Positions 43,704-57,337 of a DNA stretch of 64,000 bases are shown in pieces. Numbering within the stretch: position 1 is the first letter of the stretch; every line of letters begins with the position of its first letter. The notes under the pieces were generated by a model. The model searched no databases. It worked only from the letters and a program-made list of their open reading frames with translations, and was not told the DNA's origin. The DNA is from Octopus vulgaris. Its lineage: Eukaryota. The stretch covers positions 30,566,001-30,630,000 of the forward strand of contig OX597825.1 in the NCBI GenBank assembly GCA_951406725.2, in the 5' to 3' direction. A program made the translations under genes and the position numbers.

Positions 43704-43775
<72 letters not shown>

Positions 43776-44770
43776 TATGTGCGTGAGTATGTGTGTATGC
43801 TCATGTCTCTTTGTATTGACATTGTGTGGTAGTCGTAAATGAGTGTCACTGTCATATGAGCAGTATCATTCATTTCAAATATTCTGCAAAAATACATCCA
43901 GATTGGGAAAAATATTACTTTACTTGGAAACAAGTGAGGGTTGGCAACAGGAAGGGCATCCAACTGTAGAAAATCTGCAGCAACTCTATCCAACTCATGC
44001 AAACATGGAAAAGTAGGCATTAAAACAATAACGATAATAATAATGGTGAATCTGCCTGACAGAGGAGTCCTAGTCCTGCAGCTCATTCCACAAAAGACAA
44101 CTCTGAACAAATATCAAACAAATGGAAGTGATAAATTAAAAGATATAATAAATAAATAATAGAGAAAATTTGCAAATCTGTCTATGTTGTAATCAGCTTT
44201 TTCAATACATTAATTACAAAGGCGTTTCAAATTTAATATTCTTCCAATATTTATCCACTATGTTCCTAAACTGCTGCTTATTGTGGACTTGACAACCTCC
44301 TTAGATAACTAATTCTTCCATTATGAAGTAAAGCTAGCAATTTCCAATGAATAAAATAATTGTCTAAAGCTTGTCTTCTCTTATTTCATAAACATTTTGT
44401 TTGTAATCAATATTATTATTGTCAAACATATACGAATTAGAATGGTGAAATTATCTTTTGCCTTTTGATTTTTATTTGTTATTTGTCATGAGGAAAAAAT
44501 TGACTCTAGAACTAATATTTTATATCAAGTACTTCTTCTATCATTCTCTATTGCTGAACCACTAAGCTGTGGGAATTTAAACAAACCAACACTGATTGTC
44601 AAGCAGGGGTGGAGAATAGACAAAGACAATCACATGCACATGCTGGGCTTGTACACAGTAATAGGAGACAGTTACCCAAGTGATACAGAGCAGGATTGAA
44701 CTTAGGACACTGTGACTGCAAACCAAAATTCTTAACCACATATCTATGTTTGCGTCTATGAAGAACAAAG

Positions 44771-45053
44771 TAGAGGCACGTGGCTTAGTGGTTAGAGTGT
44801 TGAACTTATGATCGTATGGTTGTGGTTTTGATTCCTAGACCAGGCGATGCATTGTGTTCTTGAGTAAAACACTTCATTTTACATTGCTCCAGTCCACTCA
44901 GCTGGCAAAAATGAGTAATCCTGCGAAGGACCAGGTGGGGAATTTCTACGTCCCATCCAGGTGGGGAATTTCTATGCCACTGAAGCTGGGAAACTGGCCC
45001 TTATGAGCCTGGCATGGCTCGAGAAGGAACGTTTATTTATTATTTTTTTTATT
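44771..45053 (+). mobile_element. SINE family C with 14 bp TSD
   Basis: tatgaagaacaaag at 44757-44770 and 45054-45067; A box tggcttagtgg. Confidence 0.9.
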
Positions 45054-45239
45054 TATGAAGAACAAAGGTGAAATTTCACACTGACAGCTTCTCCTTTTGA
45101 AGTTCAAACTTTGACTTTTAATCTGTCTGGGCAGCAGAAGACTGAGTAAATACCAGAAGAGGTGACTCAGAAATCTATAACACCTCTTCAATAAAACTTG
45201 ATCTTATGAAAAATTAATCAGTATTACATAACTCATGGG

Positions 45240-45440
45240 GTGGGGAACTGGCAGAAGCATTAGCATGCTGGGCAAATGCCACCCATGTTTATGTTCTGGG
45301 TTCAAATTCTATTGAGATCAACTTTGCCTTTCATCCTTTAGGGAGTCAATAAAATAACTACTAGTTGCATACTGGGGTTGATGTAATTGATTTAGCCCCT
45401 CCCCTCAAAATTACTAACATTGTGGCAAAATTTGAAACCA
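45240..45440 (+). mobile_element. SINE family B, diverged
   Basis: ggttcaaatt and ctttgcctttcatcc blocks. Confidence 0.8.
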
Positions 45441-46330
45441 ATTTTACATTGCTAGAACAGTTTCACCTACAGTAGCAAACAAAAGAATTGATACTTTTAA
45501 ATATTTTCAACTACTGCTAATCTTAATTTAAGAGACAAATACAAAGAAAAATAAAATAATAAATGATTATAAATAAAACAACTTGATTATCTTAAATATG
45601 AATTTTAAGAAATATGGCCAAGCAAACGTTTTGGCAATCTAATTTCAGGTGTCAATCTAAATTTTGGCACTTCTAATAAAGTTACCTATAAGAATATTGA
45701 AGGTTTGGCATTTTAAATGAAAATTCAGCATAAAAGATGACACAACATGTTACTGCTTTTATTGGCAGTAAGAAACCCAAAGATCGTCTTTTATTTTCTT
45801 CATTTCAACTATGAAGAATGGTAATTGCAAAATGAAATACAAAACTACATGTGGTTTCATTCATGGAAACTAAGAGTTGAATCAAAGACAATTGTATGGA
45901 GAGGAAGTGTATTTAAGTTAGGTTGTTGGCTGTTGGTGGATTCTTTGTAGGTTTAAATTGTTTAAAAAGAACAATTTTATATTGTGTCACAGGGTGCCGC
46001 AAGTTGGAAATTGGAAAGGAAATTACGTAGTTCTAATCATTATCCTGAAGATTAGCCTCAGAAATGAATGTCTCTGTTTCACCTTAGGCACAACCATTAC
46101 TTTTATCAATTGGAACAAATTACACACACATGTGCATGCACACACACACAAACCCACACACACAAGTAAATCTCACTCATTACATATACACATACATACA
46201 TACATACATACATACATACATACATACATACATACATACATACATACATACATACATACATACATACGTACATACATACATATACATACATACATACGTA
46301 CATACATACATACATACATACATACATACA

Positions 46331-46361
<31 letters not shown>

Positions 46362-47181
46362 GGACTAATTGTAACTATCTTGTAAAAATAAAACAAACTT
46401 TTACTTTAAAATTTTTTCACCTGCTCAGTTCTTTATCCCCAGAGCCAAAGCAATAAAGACTTCCTCCAAGAGTTCACATCTGTTATAAATTATTCTTATA
46501 AAAGCTTCAATATCCCAATTGCTATGGAAAACAAATGACTCATAGGTGCTAATAATTAATTATATTGCTCATTTATCTCCGTCAGTACACACATTCTGTC
46601 ATTTCGTTTTTGCCATAATACCTTTATTCTAACTTAAGACAATTGTTGATTAAATCTTTCCCTATATATATATTTGTTATTATTCTATCATTGCCATGCC
46701 ATCCCCACCTTCAGAGTGGTGGAATACAAAGTATGATTCAATGAGATTTTTCTTTTTTCAGTAACATAAGAATAAAAGAGAGGAGTATGAAAGAAATACA
46801 GTCTGATTACCCGATGTCTTCTCATTCTACCACCAGAAATACTGCAGCATGTCAACAAAAAAACCTACCATCTTTTTAAGAATTTAGGATTTGGAGAGTA
46901 GGACTAACCAACTTTAAAATAAGCTGGATGTCTCAAAAGTTATGAATTCTGACAGTTATCTTCCAAATTCTCAAAACTGACTGCATTAGTTGCTAAATAA
47001 TTAAATAATTAAATGATGGCTTGTTGCCAACTTAATGTGGCAGTCCCAGGAATGGGAAGAATGTTAGTGTTATTTAGTCTCAAGAAACACCGTTTCTAGT
47101 TGGCTATGCAAAAGAACTGTTCTGTGTCCTTAAGTTTTTTCAAACAGGAGAGACAGGCACCTCCACCCAGCAAAACCAGCC

Positions 47182-47226
47182 CTCCAGAGACTAGTTTCAG
47201 TGTTATTGCTCTTCATCAGTCTGGAG
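47182..47226 (-). ncRNA. Minimal type I hammerhead ribozyme
   Basis: CUCCAGA-CUGAUGA-AGAGCAAUAACACU-GAAAC-UA-GUC-UCUGGAG; perfect 7 bp stem I and intact core. Confidence 0.8.
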
Positions 47227-47388
47227 TAGCTTGGCATGCTAGCTGTCGCTGCTAATCCACTGTTGAAAACTTACAGAATTTCAAGTGAAATACATTCATT
47301 GATGTAAATAAGTAAATATTTTCAGAGTTAGATTCAATAAGTGAGGTCAAAGAAGATAGGGATAGAAGTGATGATGATGATGATGATG

Positions 47389-47423
<35 letters not shown>

Positions 47424-47449
47424 TATAACCATCATCATCATCATAATGA

Positions 47450-48070
47450 TCATCATCATTTAACGTGTGTTATCTACGCTGGCATGGGTTGACAAGCTGG
47501 AAGGCTGCACCAGACTCCAGTTTGATTTGGCATGGTTTCTATGGCTGGATGCCCTTCCTAACACCAACCACTCCATGAGTGTAATGGGTGCTTTTACATT
47601 CCACCAGCATGAGTACCGTTTGCATGACACTGGTATCTTCCATGACTGCGATTTTGCTCAGCTTGATGGGTCTTCTTCTCAAGTACAACATAATGCTAAT
47701 GGTCTCAGTCATTGCCTTTGTGAGGCCCAACACTCGAAAAGAGCTCAGCCACTTTGTCTCCATGAGGCCCAATGCTTGAAAGGGGGTTTTTATATGCCAC
47801 CAACATGAGTGCTAGTTACATGACACCAGCATCAGCATCAAACTACGATTTCACTTGACATGACAGGTCTTCTCAAGCACAGCATATCATCAAAAGTCTT
47901 GGTCACTAGTTATTGCCTCTGTGAGGCCCAAAGTTCGAAGGTCATGCTTCACCACCTTGTCTCATTTCTTCCTGAGTCTACCTCTACCACAGGTTCTCTC
48001 CACAGTTAGAGATCAGCACTTCTTTATACAGCTGGCCTCGTCCATATGCATCACATGACCATACCAGCAT
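47450..48070 (-). mobile_element. RTE 3' fragment with family D tail
   Basis: Homologous to 60810-60970; tail faces the (CAT)n tract. Confidence 0.8.
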
Positions 48071-49000
48071 AGTTGATAGCTTTCATTGTCTAGGTGACAA
48101 AGTTAAAAGCAGAGGTGGATGCTCCAAGAGTGTAGCTACTAGACTAAGAATAGGCTAGGCAAAGTTCAGAGAGCTCCAACCTCTGTTGGTAATAAAGGGC
48201 CTCTCCTTCAGAATGAAAGGCAGATAGTACGATGCCTGTGTGCAATGTCAGTATGCATGTATGACAAAGTGTAAGTATCTTGAGAAAAGTTGGCAAGAGA
48301 GACAACCTCACAGAGGACAGCTGTGTGAAGAAGTGCCAATCTCTAACTGTGGAAGGATCTTATTGAAGATGTAGACTCAGGAAGACGTGAGACGGGGTGA
48401 TGAAGCATGATCTTCAAACATTGGGCCTCATGGAGGTAATAACAAGTGGATGAGACATTTGGCAATATGTCATGCTTGAGAAGACCCATGAAGCCAAGTG
48501 AAATTGATTCATGTCCAGTTCCAATGTCACGTAACTGGCACTCATGCCAGTGGCATGTAAAATGTACTCTTCAGTTGTTTGGCAATATGCTGTAATTGAG
48601 AAAACCTTTCAAGTCAAGAGAAATCGTAGTTGTGGCCGATCCCAGCGTTGCATATCTAGCACCCATGTTGGTGGCACATAGTTAAAAAGCACCCTTCAAA
48701 CTTTGGGCCTCGTGGAGGCAGTAACAAGTGACCAAGACCTTTGGCAATATATCATGCTTGAGAAGACTTGTCAAGCCAAGTGAGATCGTAGTCATGACCG
48801 ATACTGGTGTTTCATAACTGGTACCCATGCTGGTGACATGTAAAAAGCACCCACAACACTCTTGAAGTGGTTGGTGTTAAGAAGGGTATCCAGCTGTATC
48901 CAAATCAGACTGAAACTTGGTGCAGCTCCACAGCCTACCAGTTTTTGATCAAACTATCCAGCCCATGCCAGCATGGAAAATGGACATTAATTGATGATGA
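48071..49000 (+). mobile_element. RTE 3' fragment with deletions and family D tail
   Basis: VDSFHCLGDKV..AKFRELQPLLVIKGLSFRMKG matches the 61075-61506 peptide. Confidence 0.85.
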
Positions 49001-50348
49001 TTACGATGATATTTATATAGCCAAAACTTTTCCATACATGCTATTTGTAAGAATGTTTTCCTCTCCATTTTATGTCTAAATATAATCCATTGCTCTAGAA
49101 ATTAAATCGGCAAGTAAGTTATGATATATGATTTTTAAATTTATACAACATAGAGAAAAGTTCACATCTGAGACAATAAAATGCGAGACCTCTGCAATGG
49201 CATCAAATTACGCTTCATAAACAGCATGGCATGACAACTCATAAAGACTGTTAGTTTTGATCATCTTATTTAAATTAACGGTCAAATAAAACTAATTACT
49301 TTTGATTAAAATAGAATATGGTTAAAAATAGCTATCTGGGTATTTATAGTTTAATGTTAAGCTGAACAGACTGCAGACATGAATAGAGCAGCAACATGTA
49401 TGATATTTAGAAGACATGATGAGTTTAGAAAATATTACAAATTTATGGTATTTGGTAATGAAGACGATGATGTTGGTATGTGATTAAGATAAAACTAAAG
49501 TATTAAAGTTAAAAGATGGGTAGTAATCAGAGAAGTTAGTGTACATAGAAGGGTGTAAAATTATACCTCTTTGACCCTGGCTCCTATTTCTAACTTTACC
49601 CTCCACCTGGGCTCCTAAACAAAAAGAAGAAAATAGTAGCATATACAACTCAAGAGTAATAATTGCAGGCAAACTAATGGACAGAATCACAAAAAAAAAA
49701 TTCAAGTGATTATTAATAAAAGTCCTTTTTCTCAACTACCTTATTTGTTCACCTGAATTAGTACTTTCCTCATCAGTTTCACCAGTTTAATTGTCCAAAT
49801 CACTTTTGTTGCCCATGTAAGGGTAAACTCTTCATCTGAAGCATAAGGATCATCAGCAATTGGCCAGTTAAAGAATGATCATTGGTTTCACAAATAAAAC
49901 AGCTGAATATATAATTCATTACACTTAAATGGCCAGAGACACCTAACCTCTCTACAACTGGAGGAAGGAATGCATCATGGTTAGTTAATTTTTGTAAACA
50001 AATAAATTCTAGAACAAAACTCTACTGGCAAAACCTTGGGTGAGGCAGAGTTATTCTCTGCCTCACCTTAGATAAGTTCCACTTGTGTCCACGACAGGCT
50101 GGAATATTTTCGTTTTCAAAATTAACTGACCATAACATCTTTCCCCCACCATCACCACCACCACTAAAGTTGTAGAGAGGTATGTGCCTCTGACCATTTG
50201 AGTTTTATGAGTTGGCTATACAGTAAAGTGCTTTATTGATGTGAATGCACTGGTCACTCTCTAACTGGTCATAGCAAACAACCTTCTAAATATTACTGCT
50301 CTAATGTTTTCAAGTGTGCTTATATTCAGATATACAAACTACTGACCG

Positions 50349-50389
<41 letters not shown>

Positions 50390-50760
50390 ATCCAAACACT
50401 AACAAAGAAAAAACACAACAAAGATATAGATATATATAACAGTTGAATAATTTTAAGACATGTTGGATCCTTCTAAGAGGTATTAAGAGGTTGGAGCCTT
50501 CTAAGAAGTCAGGTATGTTACTACAGTTGTCGAGAATTCAACTGTCAGTTAAATATATTTTGAAATCTGATGATTACTACTAACGTATGAAAGGGCTGAT
50601 TGAACTTTATGAACATTACAAAATATTTTTTTAATGTTTAACACACTTCAAAATTGGAAAAAAATTATTTTAAATACAATAAGGAAAAACGTGAAAACCA
50701 GACCATGTTTTAACTTAATTCAACTGATATATTTATTCTATACACATTTACACAGATTCA

Positions 50761-50797
<37 letters not shown>

Positions 50798-51129
50798 ATA
50801 AACTTGACTGAAAACAAATTTTAAAGAAATAAAATTCCTAACTCCACTACCCTATTCTGCAAAATCAACTAAAAATTCTGCTTATTTTGAACTATGAAAT
50901 AAAGATATACTTCAATGAAAGGAATTGGAAATAACAATAATAAACACACTATGAAAAATACCAAGTATACACAAGCTGTGCCTCATATAAATTTTTAGCT
51001 ACGTTACCTAAATATAGTTTCAAGAACAGCATAGAAATTCTTCGTTACAATATTAACTTCAATTGAACTTTTTTGTCTTTTCCTTTCGCATCAAATTAAT
51101 CATCCATCTTTCTTTCTCCAAATCTCCTT

Positions 51130-51920
51130 CTCTCCCTCTTTCTCACATGTAGATGCTCTCTTTATATATATATATATATATATATATCTCCTTCACTCTT
51201 TCTTGCATGAAATTTCTCTCTCTCTCTCTTCCCCCCTTTCTCTCTTCCCCTTTCTCACTTTCTCACATGCACATGTTCTCTCTCTTTTTTGTATGCACAT
51301 GCTCTGTCTCTCTCTTTCTCTCTCCCTCTCAGTTTCTCCTTCTTTCATGCACATGCACTTTCTCTCTCTTTCAGTCTCACATATACATGCTCTCTCTCTC
51401 TCTTTCTTTCTCACATGTACATGCTCTTTCTCTCTCTCTCTTCTCTCTCTTCCTTTCTCACATCTACGTGCTTTCTCTTTCTCTCTTTCATTCTCACATA
51501 CACATACTCTTTCCCTCTCTCTCTTCTCTCTCTCTTCCTTTCTCACATCTACGTGCTTTCTCTCTTTCTCTCTTTCATTCTCACATACACATACTCTTTC
51601 TCTCTCTCTCTCTCTTCTCTGTCTTTCTTTCTCACATCTACATGCTTTTTCTGTCTCTTCTCTCTCATTCATTCTTCTATCTCTCTTCTCTCTCATTCTT
51701 TCTCACATGTACATGCTCTATCTCAAATTCTTTCTTTCCTTCCTTCTTTCTTTCTTTCTTTCCTTCCTTCTTTCTTTCTTTTTTTCTTTCTTTCTGTCTT
51801 TCTTTCCTTCTTTCTATCTTTCTTTTTTTCTATCTTTCTTTCTTTCTTTCCTTCTTTCTTTCTTTCTTTCTTTCTATCTGTCTTTCTGTCTTTCTATCTT
51901 TCTTTCTTTCTTCCTTCCAA
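51130..51920. repeat. Polypyrimidine compound satellite: (CT)n, ctcacat.tac.tgct units, (CTTT)n
   Basis: Visible directly. Confidence 0.9.
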
Positions 51921-52575
51921 TTATAGTTTTATTTCCATAGAAATTTTATTTTTTAACTTTTATTACCAAAGTAACTACCAATGCTGTCTTTTCAATATTT
52001 CCCATGCAATTTCCTTTCAGCTTTAAATCAACTTTCTCTTACTCCATTCTCTGACTCCATTCTCTTCCTATCAACCATTTTATTCCAAGAAAAAAAACAA
52101 ACACAAAAATTGTTAGCATCTCCAAAGTAAGCCATTTCTTGCCACCTAATCTCTGTTAAGTATTTTTGTTGCATACACAGAAATTATTAAACTACAAATT
52201 TCTTTGTTTTTTTTTTTTTTTACATTTATTTTTCTTTTGTGATTTTTGGTTGATTTTCCTTTGATTATATTTTAATTCTATGGAAAATTTTGATTTTTTC
52301 CATTCTTTACTTTTTATTAAATGCATATGCATGCATATATGTGTGTGTGTGTGTGTGTGTATGCATGTGTGTATGAGTGTATATATATATATATATATAT
52401 ATACCTGCATATATATATATATGTAGAGAGAGAGAGAGACATAGATATACACACACACGCACATACATACACGCACACATGTAATTGCATGCATGCATGT
52501 GTGTGAGAGAGCATATATATATATATATAATTATATATATATATATATAGGGCAACATTATAAAGTAATTTTATG

Positions 52576-52607
<32 letters not shown>

Positions 52608-53344
52608 AATGGGTGTGTGGGGATATATATACATATTTACATATATATGCATAGGTATATATATTGTACCTATATATATCTATATTCATAGATTGTGTAC
52701 AGGTTTATGCACACATTCATAGACACACAGACACATACACACACGTGTGTGTATGTGCGAGTGTGTGCATGTGTATATATATATATTTAAATTGTACATT
52801 CCTTTTTTGAATTGTCAGTTTTTTTTTTACAGGAGTTCATAGTATATATTTTGACAGTTCATTATTACATTCAATTATTTTAGCATCTTTTATGATAGTG
52901 TTTTTTTATCAGTTGTTTGTGTTGGTTTTTTGGGGAGGCTTTTCTTGTTTTATTTTTAACATTGATGCTCCAGAAATGTTTTGGTATTACTGTGTCATAT
53001 TGTTAATTTAATTTTTTTTTTTTTAATATTTTTAATTGAATTGAAATATATATAGTCAAGAACAAAATGAAATGTTAGAAGAAGGTAAGAACGACAATGA
53101 CAGACAGAATAAGAAATGATTAATGATGTGATGATGATGATGATGATGATGATGACAAATAATAATAATTATAATGGTTTCAAAGTTTGGTGTCATGCCA
53201 GTAATTTCAAAGGAAAGGGTAAGTCAATTACATCGACCTTAATGTTCTATTGGAACTTATTTTATCAACCCAGTGGGGGGGGGGGACAAAACGTAAAGTT
53301 AACCTCAGCAAAATTCGAACTTGGAATTTTAAGACAGATAAAAT

Positions 53345-53818
53345 GCCACAAAGTTTTACACTGGAAGCTTTGCCAGAAATGGAGATCCAATGCTGAAGAC
53401 TCATGGTATGAACATCAAGTCGAAAGAGGGCTGGAGTAGGTGAATTGTAAGGTGTTGTGGCACTTGACCATTCCAGTGGACAAGAAGTAAGAAAATAATA
53501 GACTAGATGTAACTATAATAGACAAGGAAAAGCGAAGTTGCTCACTAATTGATCCTTCATGTCTGTCTGATTCCAGGATTGTAATGAAAGTGGACGAAAA
53601 GCAAAAGAAATACAATCTCTTAAAATTTGAAATTGCAAGAATTTGGAATATGAAAATTGTAAAGGTTGTGCCTTATAATAATTGGTGCATTTGGGAACTG
53701 TAAGTGAAGCGATAGACAAATTGCTGAAGGAGATTGGAAAAGAATGCCCTGTAGAACTTCTATAGAAAGTTTGTCTCTTAGAGACAGGAAAGATTATCAG
53801 GTGGGTTCTAAGCACCTG
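53345..53818 (+). mobile_element. R4/Dong-like LINE C-terminus (restriction-like endonuclease) fossil
   Basis: LHWKLC..WYEH..KVLW..NRLDVTIIDK..LIDPSC..EKQKKY..EIARIW. Confidence 0.8.
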
Positions 53819-53839
53819 AAATATTATTGAAACTGCTCA

Positions 53840-54141
53840 TTGTTGTGGTGAGAAAAAAAAAGATCATGCATCATAATCGATGTAGCAGGTCTTGGTGGCA
53901 ACAGAATTAAAGAGAAAGAAGAAAAATTAGACAACTACGACAATTTGAAGTGGGAAATACGAAGGCCGTGGTCAATGAGGAGAGAAGACATGGTACCAAT
54001 AGTAATTGGTGCACTTGAAAGTACCAGCACTCAGCTACCAGCATGGCTCAAAAAGATTGGTACAAAAGTAAAAGTAGAATACCAACAAAAATCAGCATTG
54101 CTTGGAACTGCAAAATTTCTATGCAGGGTTTTTGAAGCATG
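53840..54141 (+). mobile_element. Second R4/Dong-like C-terminal fragment
   Basis: CIIIDVA..LKWEIRRPW..VPIVIGAL..QKSALLGTA. Confidence 0.8.
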
Positions 54142-54568
54142 ACCAATGAATAAGTGTCACCTTAGTCTGCTGGTTGGGGACAGCTGACACTTCCCATTAT
54201 ACCCAGCAAAATAAGCTGTGAAGTTGCAGCAAACAATAATAATGATAACAACAACAACAACTACGAAGCACAAAGCTACGTATTTTATCAAAATTTTAAT
54301 TATCTGTTATAATAACCCTTTCTATCATAAACACAAGGCCTGAAATTTGGGCGAAGTAGGCTAATTGATTACTGGTATTCATTTTATTGACCCTGAAAGG
54401 AAAGAGGTCAAAGTTGACCTCAGCAGAAATTGACACCCAGAATATAATATAAGAAGAGATGCTGCTAACCATTTTGTCCACCCAGCATGGCAACAATCCT
54501 GACAACTTGTCACTTTTATACTCTATCATAATAATAAGGACAGAATCTACCAGACTGATTTACACATG

Positions 54569-54782
54569 CACACAAATAAAAGCACATGCCCTCCCTTACA
54601 CATTCATAAATGTACGTGCCCTCCCTTGCACACTCATAAATGAACATGCCCTCCCTTGCATATTCATAAGTGCATATGCCTTCCTTTGCACGCTCATAAA
54701 TGCACATGCCCTCCCTTGCACACTCATAAATGAACATGTCCTCCCTTGCACACTCATAAATGCACATGCCCTCCCTTGCACA
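54569..54782. repeat. 30 bp minisatellite, 7 copies
   Basis: Consensus cacactcataaatgcacatgccctcccttg. Confidence 0.95.
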
Positions 54783-55049
54783 ATTAGCTGATTATGTTGA
54801 CGCCAGAATTCCATCTGCACTGTCCTGTCTGTAAATGCTGCTATATCTTTCATTTTCCCCCTCACTCCCTCTCTTGCTCTCATTCTATCTCTTATTTTAT
54901 CACTCACAAGATAAAGGAAGGCAAAGTTAATCTCAACAAGATTTGAACTCAGAACATAAAGGCACCGCAAGAATTTACCACAAAATATTTTGTCAAACAT
55001 TCTAATGATTTCATTTCTCTCACCCACTACTACTACTACTACTATTACT

Positions 55050-55335
55050 TAGTGATGAACAAGGTGCATCACATATGCTATATAGTTAACTTTGACTGCC
55101 CCTTTAACCCACGAATGGTCAAGAAGGAAGGTGAAAAGAGAGATAAATACAACCCTTTAAAGTATAAAATAGTTTGGCCAAGGAAAATGAAGAAGGTGAA
55201 GATAGAACCAATTGTTATTTGGTCCTTGGAAACAGTAATCAGAAGGCATCAAGAGGAATAGAGAGCCCAGTAGAACTGTTTAAGAGGTTTGCCTCCTTGG
55301 CACAGCCAGAATAATACGGTAAGTATTAAATAGCC
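55050..55335 (+). mobile_element. Third R4/Dong-like C-terminal fragment
   Basis: CYIVNFDCPF..EKRDKYNPLKYKI..VKIEPIVIWSL. Confidence 0.7.
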
Positions 55336-55339
55336 AAAA

Positions 55340-55548
55340 AGAGGCAGCGAGCTGGCAGAAATGATAGCATGCCGAGCGAAATGCTTTCATCTGCCATTAC
55401 ATTCTAAGTTCAAATTCTGCCAAGGTCAACTTTGCCTTTTGTCCTTTCGAGGTCGATAAATTAAGTACCAGCCAAGTACAGGAGCTGATCTAATCCACTG
55501 GCCCTCTCCCCCAAAAATTTTGGGCCTTGTGCCTAGAGTAAAAAAATA
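55340..55548 (+). mobile_element. SINE family B with 15 bp TSD
   Basis: attaaatagccaaaa at 55325-55339 and 55549-55563. Confidence 0.9.
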
Positions 55549-55945
55549 ATTAAATAGCCAAAACGAATGGATAGAATGGCACCAAAGGCTGCATGCATGT
55601 AGTAAGCCTGCTATGCATGTAAGACTCTGAGAGCACCAACAAAATCTGTGATAAAGAGATAATAATAATGCAAGAAGAAGAAGAAGAAGAAGAAGAACAA
55701 CAACAACAACAACAGCAACAACAACAACAACAACAACAGTAAAGATAAAAGTAAAGAGAAAGTTGTTAAAGGCAGTCAAAAGAAGGAAAACTGACTTTAG
55801 AACAGTGTAAGATGACAATGAATTAGCAAGCGATCTAAAAGTCCTGAAGTTATTATTAATGCTGTAAATACTCTCAGAGAAAAGAGAAAAGATCAAGGCG
55901 CAAAATTGGATGAAAATACATTTTATTAGCTGATGAGGTAATATA

Positions 55946-56003
<58 letters not shown>

Positions 56004-56123
56004 TATATATACATATATATATATACATATATATATACATGTGTATATTTATATATATATCATATATATATGTATGTATATATATATATCACGTGATATA
56101 TATATGTATACATATATATATGC

Positions 56124-56183
<60 letters not shown>

Positions 56184-56369
56184 CTTGTAGTTAATGTAAA
56201 TCCGAGCTGTTTCCTCTTGAAGTTCAGCTGCTTAATCCATTACTACAATCCAATATGTGATTCCTGTCAGTGTTGTGTTGGTGTAAGTTGAAAATTCTGA
56301 AAATATTGTTTGTATAGATATTGTATAAAACAAATAACTAGAAATTGGAAAAAGTTTTCATATTATTAA

Positions 56370-56471
56370 TTCCCCATTACACATGTTTCATTTGCTAATA
56401 GGAATTTAAAAGTTGTTCTTGATATATAAACATGTAAGAGATTTCCTGTTAGAAATTCTTCAGACAGAGAA
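56370..56471 (-). ncRNA. Type I hammerhead-like fold with long stem II
   Basis: UUCUCUGU-CUGAAGA-(~14 bp stem II)-GAAAC-AUGU-GUA-AUGGGGAA; stem I pairs with G-U wobbles. Confidence 0.65.
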
Positions 56472-56558
56472 TCAAATAATACAAAATTTATGTCTAGATG
56501 AAATGTCTATATACATTAGTAAAGATAGCAGTAAAGAAAGTTGGAGGTAAAGATAGAT

Positions 56559-56960
56559 GTAGGAGTGGCTGTGTGGTAAGTAGCTTGCTTATGAACCACA
56601 TGGTTCTGGGTTCAGTCCCACTGCATGGCACCTTGGGCAAGTGTCTTCTACTATAGCCTCAGGCCAACCAAAGCCTTGTGAGTGGATTTGGTAGACAGAA
56701 ACTGAAAGAAGCCCGTCATATATATGTATATATATGTATGTGTATATGTTTGTGTGTCTGTGTTTGCCCCCCCAACATTGCTTGACAACAGATACTGGTG
56801 TGTTTACATCCCTGTAACTTAGTGGCTTGGCAAAAGAGACCCGATAGAATAAGTACTAGGTTTACAAAGAATAAGTCCTGGGGTCGATTTGCTCAACTAA
56901 AGGTGGCGCTCCAGCATGGCCACAGTCAAATGACTGAAACAAGTAAAAGAGTAAAAGAGT
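56559..56960 (+). mobile_element. SINE family A
   Basis: Full-length match. Confidence 0.92.
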
Positions 56961-57337
56961 AAGAAGAGAAAATCAAATAGTAAAAGAGGAAGAGTGAGTT
57001 ACACACAAACACACGCATACACTCACACATATGTGTGTATATGTACATATATACACAAATATGCATATATATGTACATACTCACAAACGTATATATGCAC
57101 AGATATGCACACACACATATATATATGCACATACCCAAACACACACACACACATACATACATATAGATATATCCGCATATCAATTAATCCCCAAAACTGA
57201 ATTATATATATATTTATATACAGGGAGAGAGAGAGAGAGAGGGGAGAGAGAGAGAAGGAGAGGGGAGAGAGAGAGAAGGAGAGAGAAGGAGAGAGAGAGG
57301 GAGAGAAAGAAGATTCAGAAAATTTATATTACATACA

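Noticed and set aside
51153-52026. Three ORFs of 245-257 aa
   Set aside because: Stop-poor polypyrimidine satellite
54459-54791. Repeat protein ORF (HALPCTLIN)n
   Set aside because: 30 bp minisatellite, open on both strands
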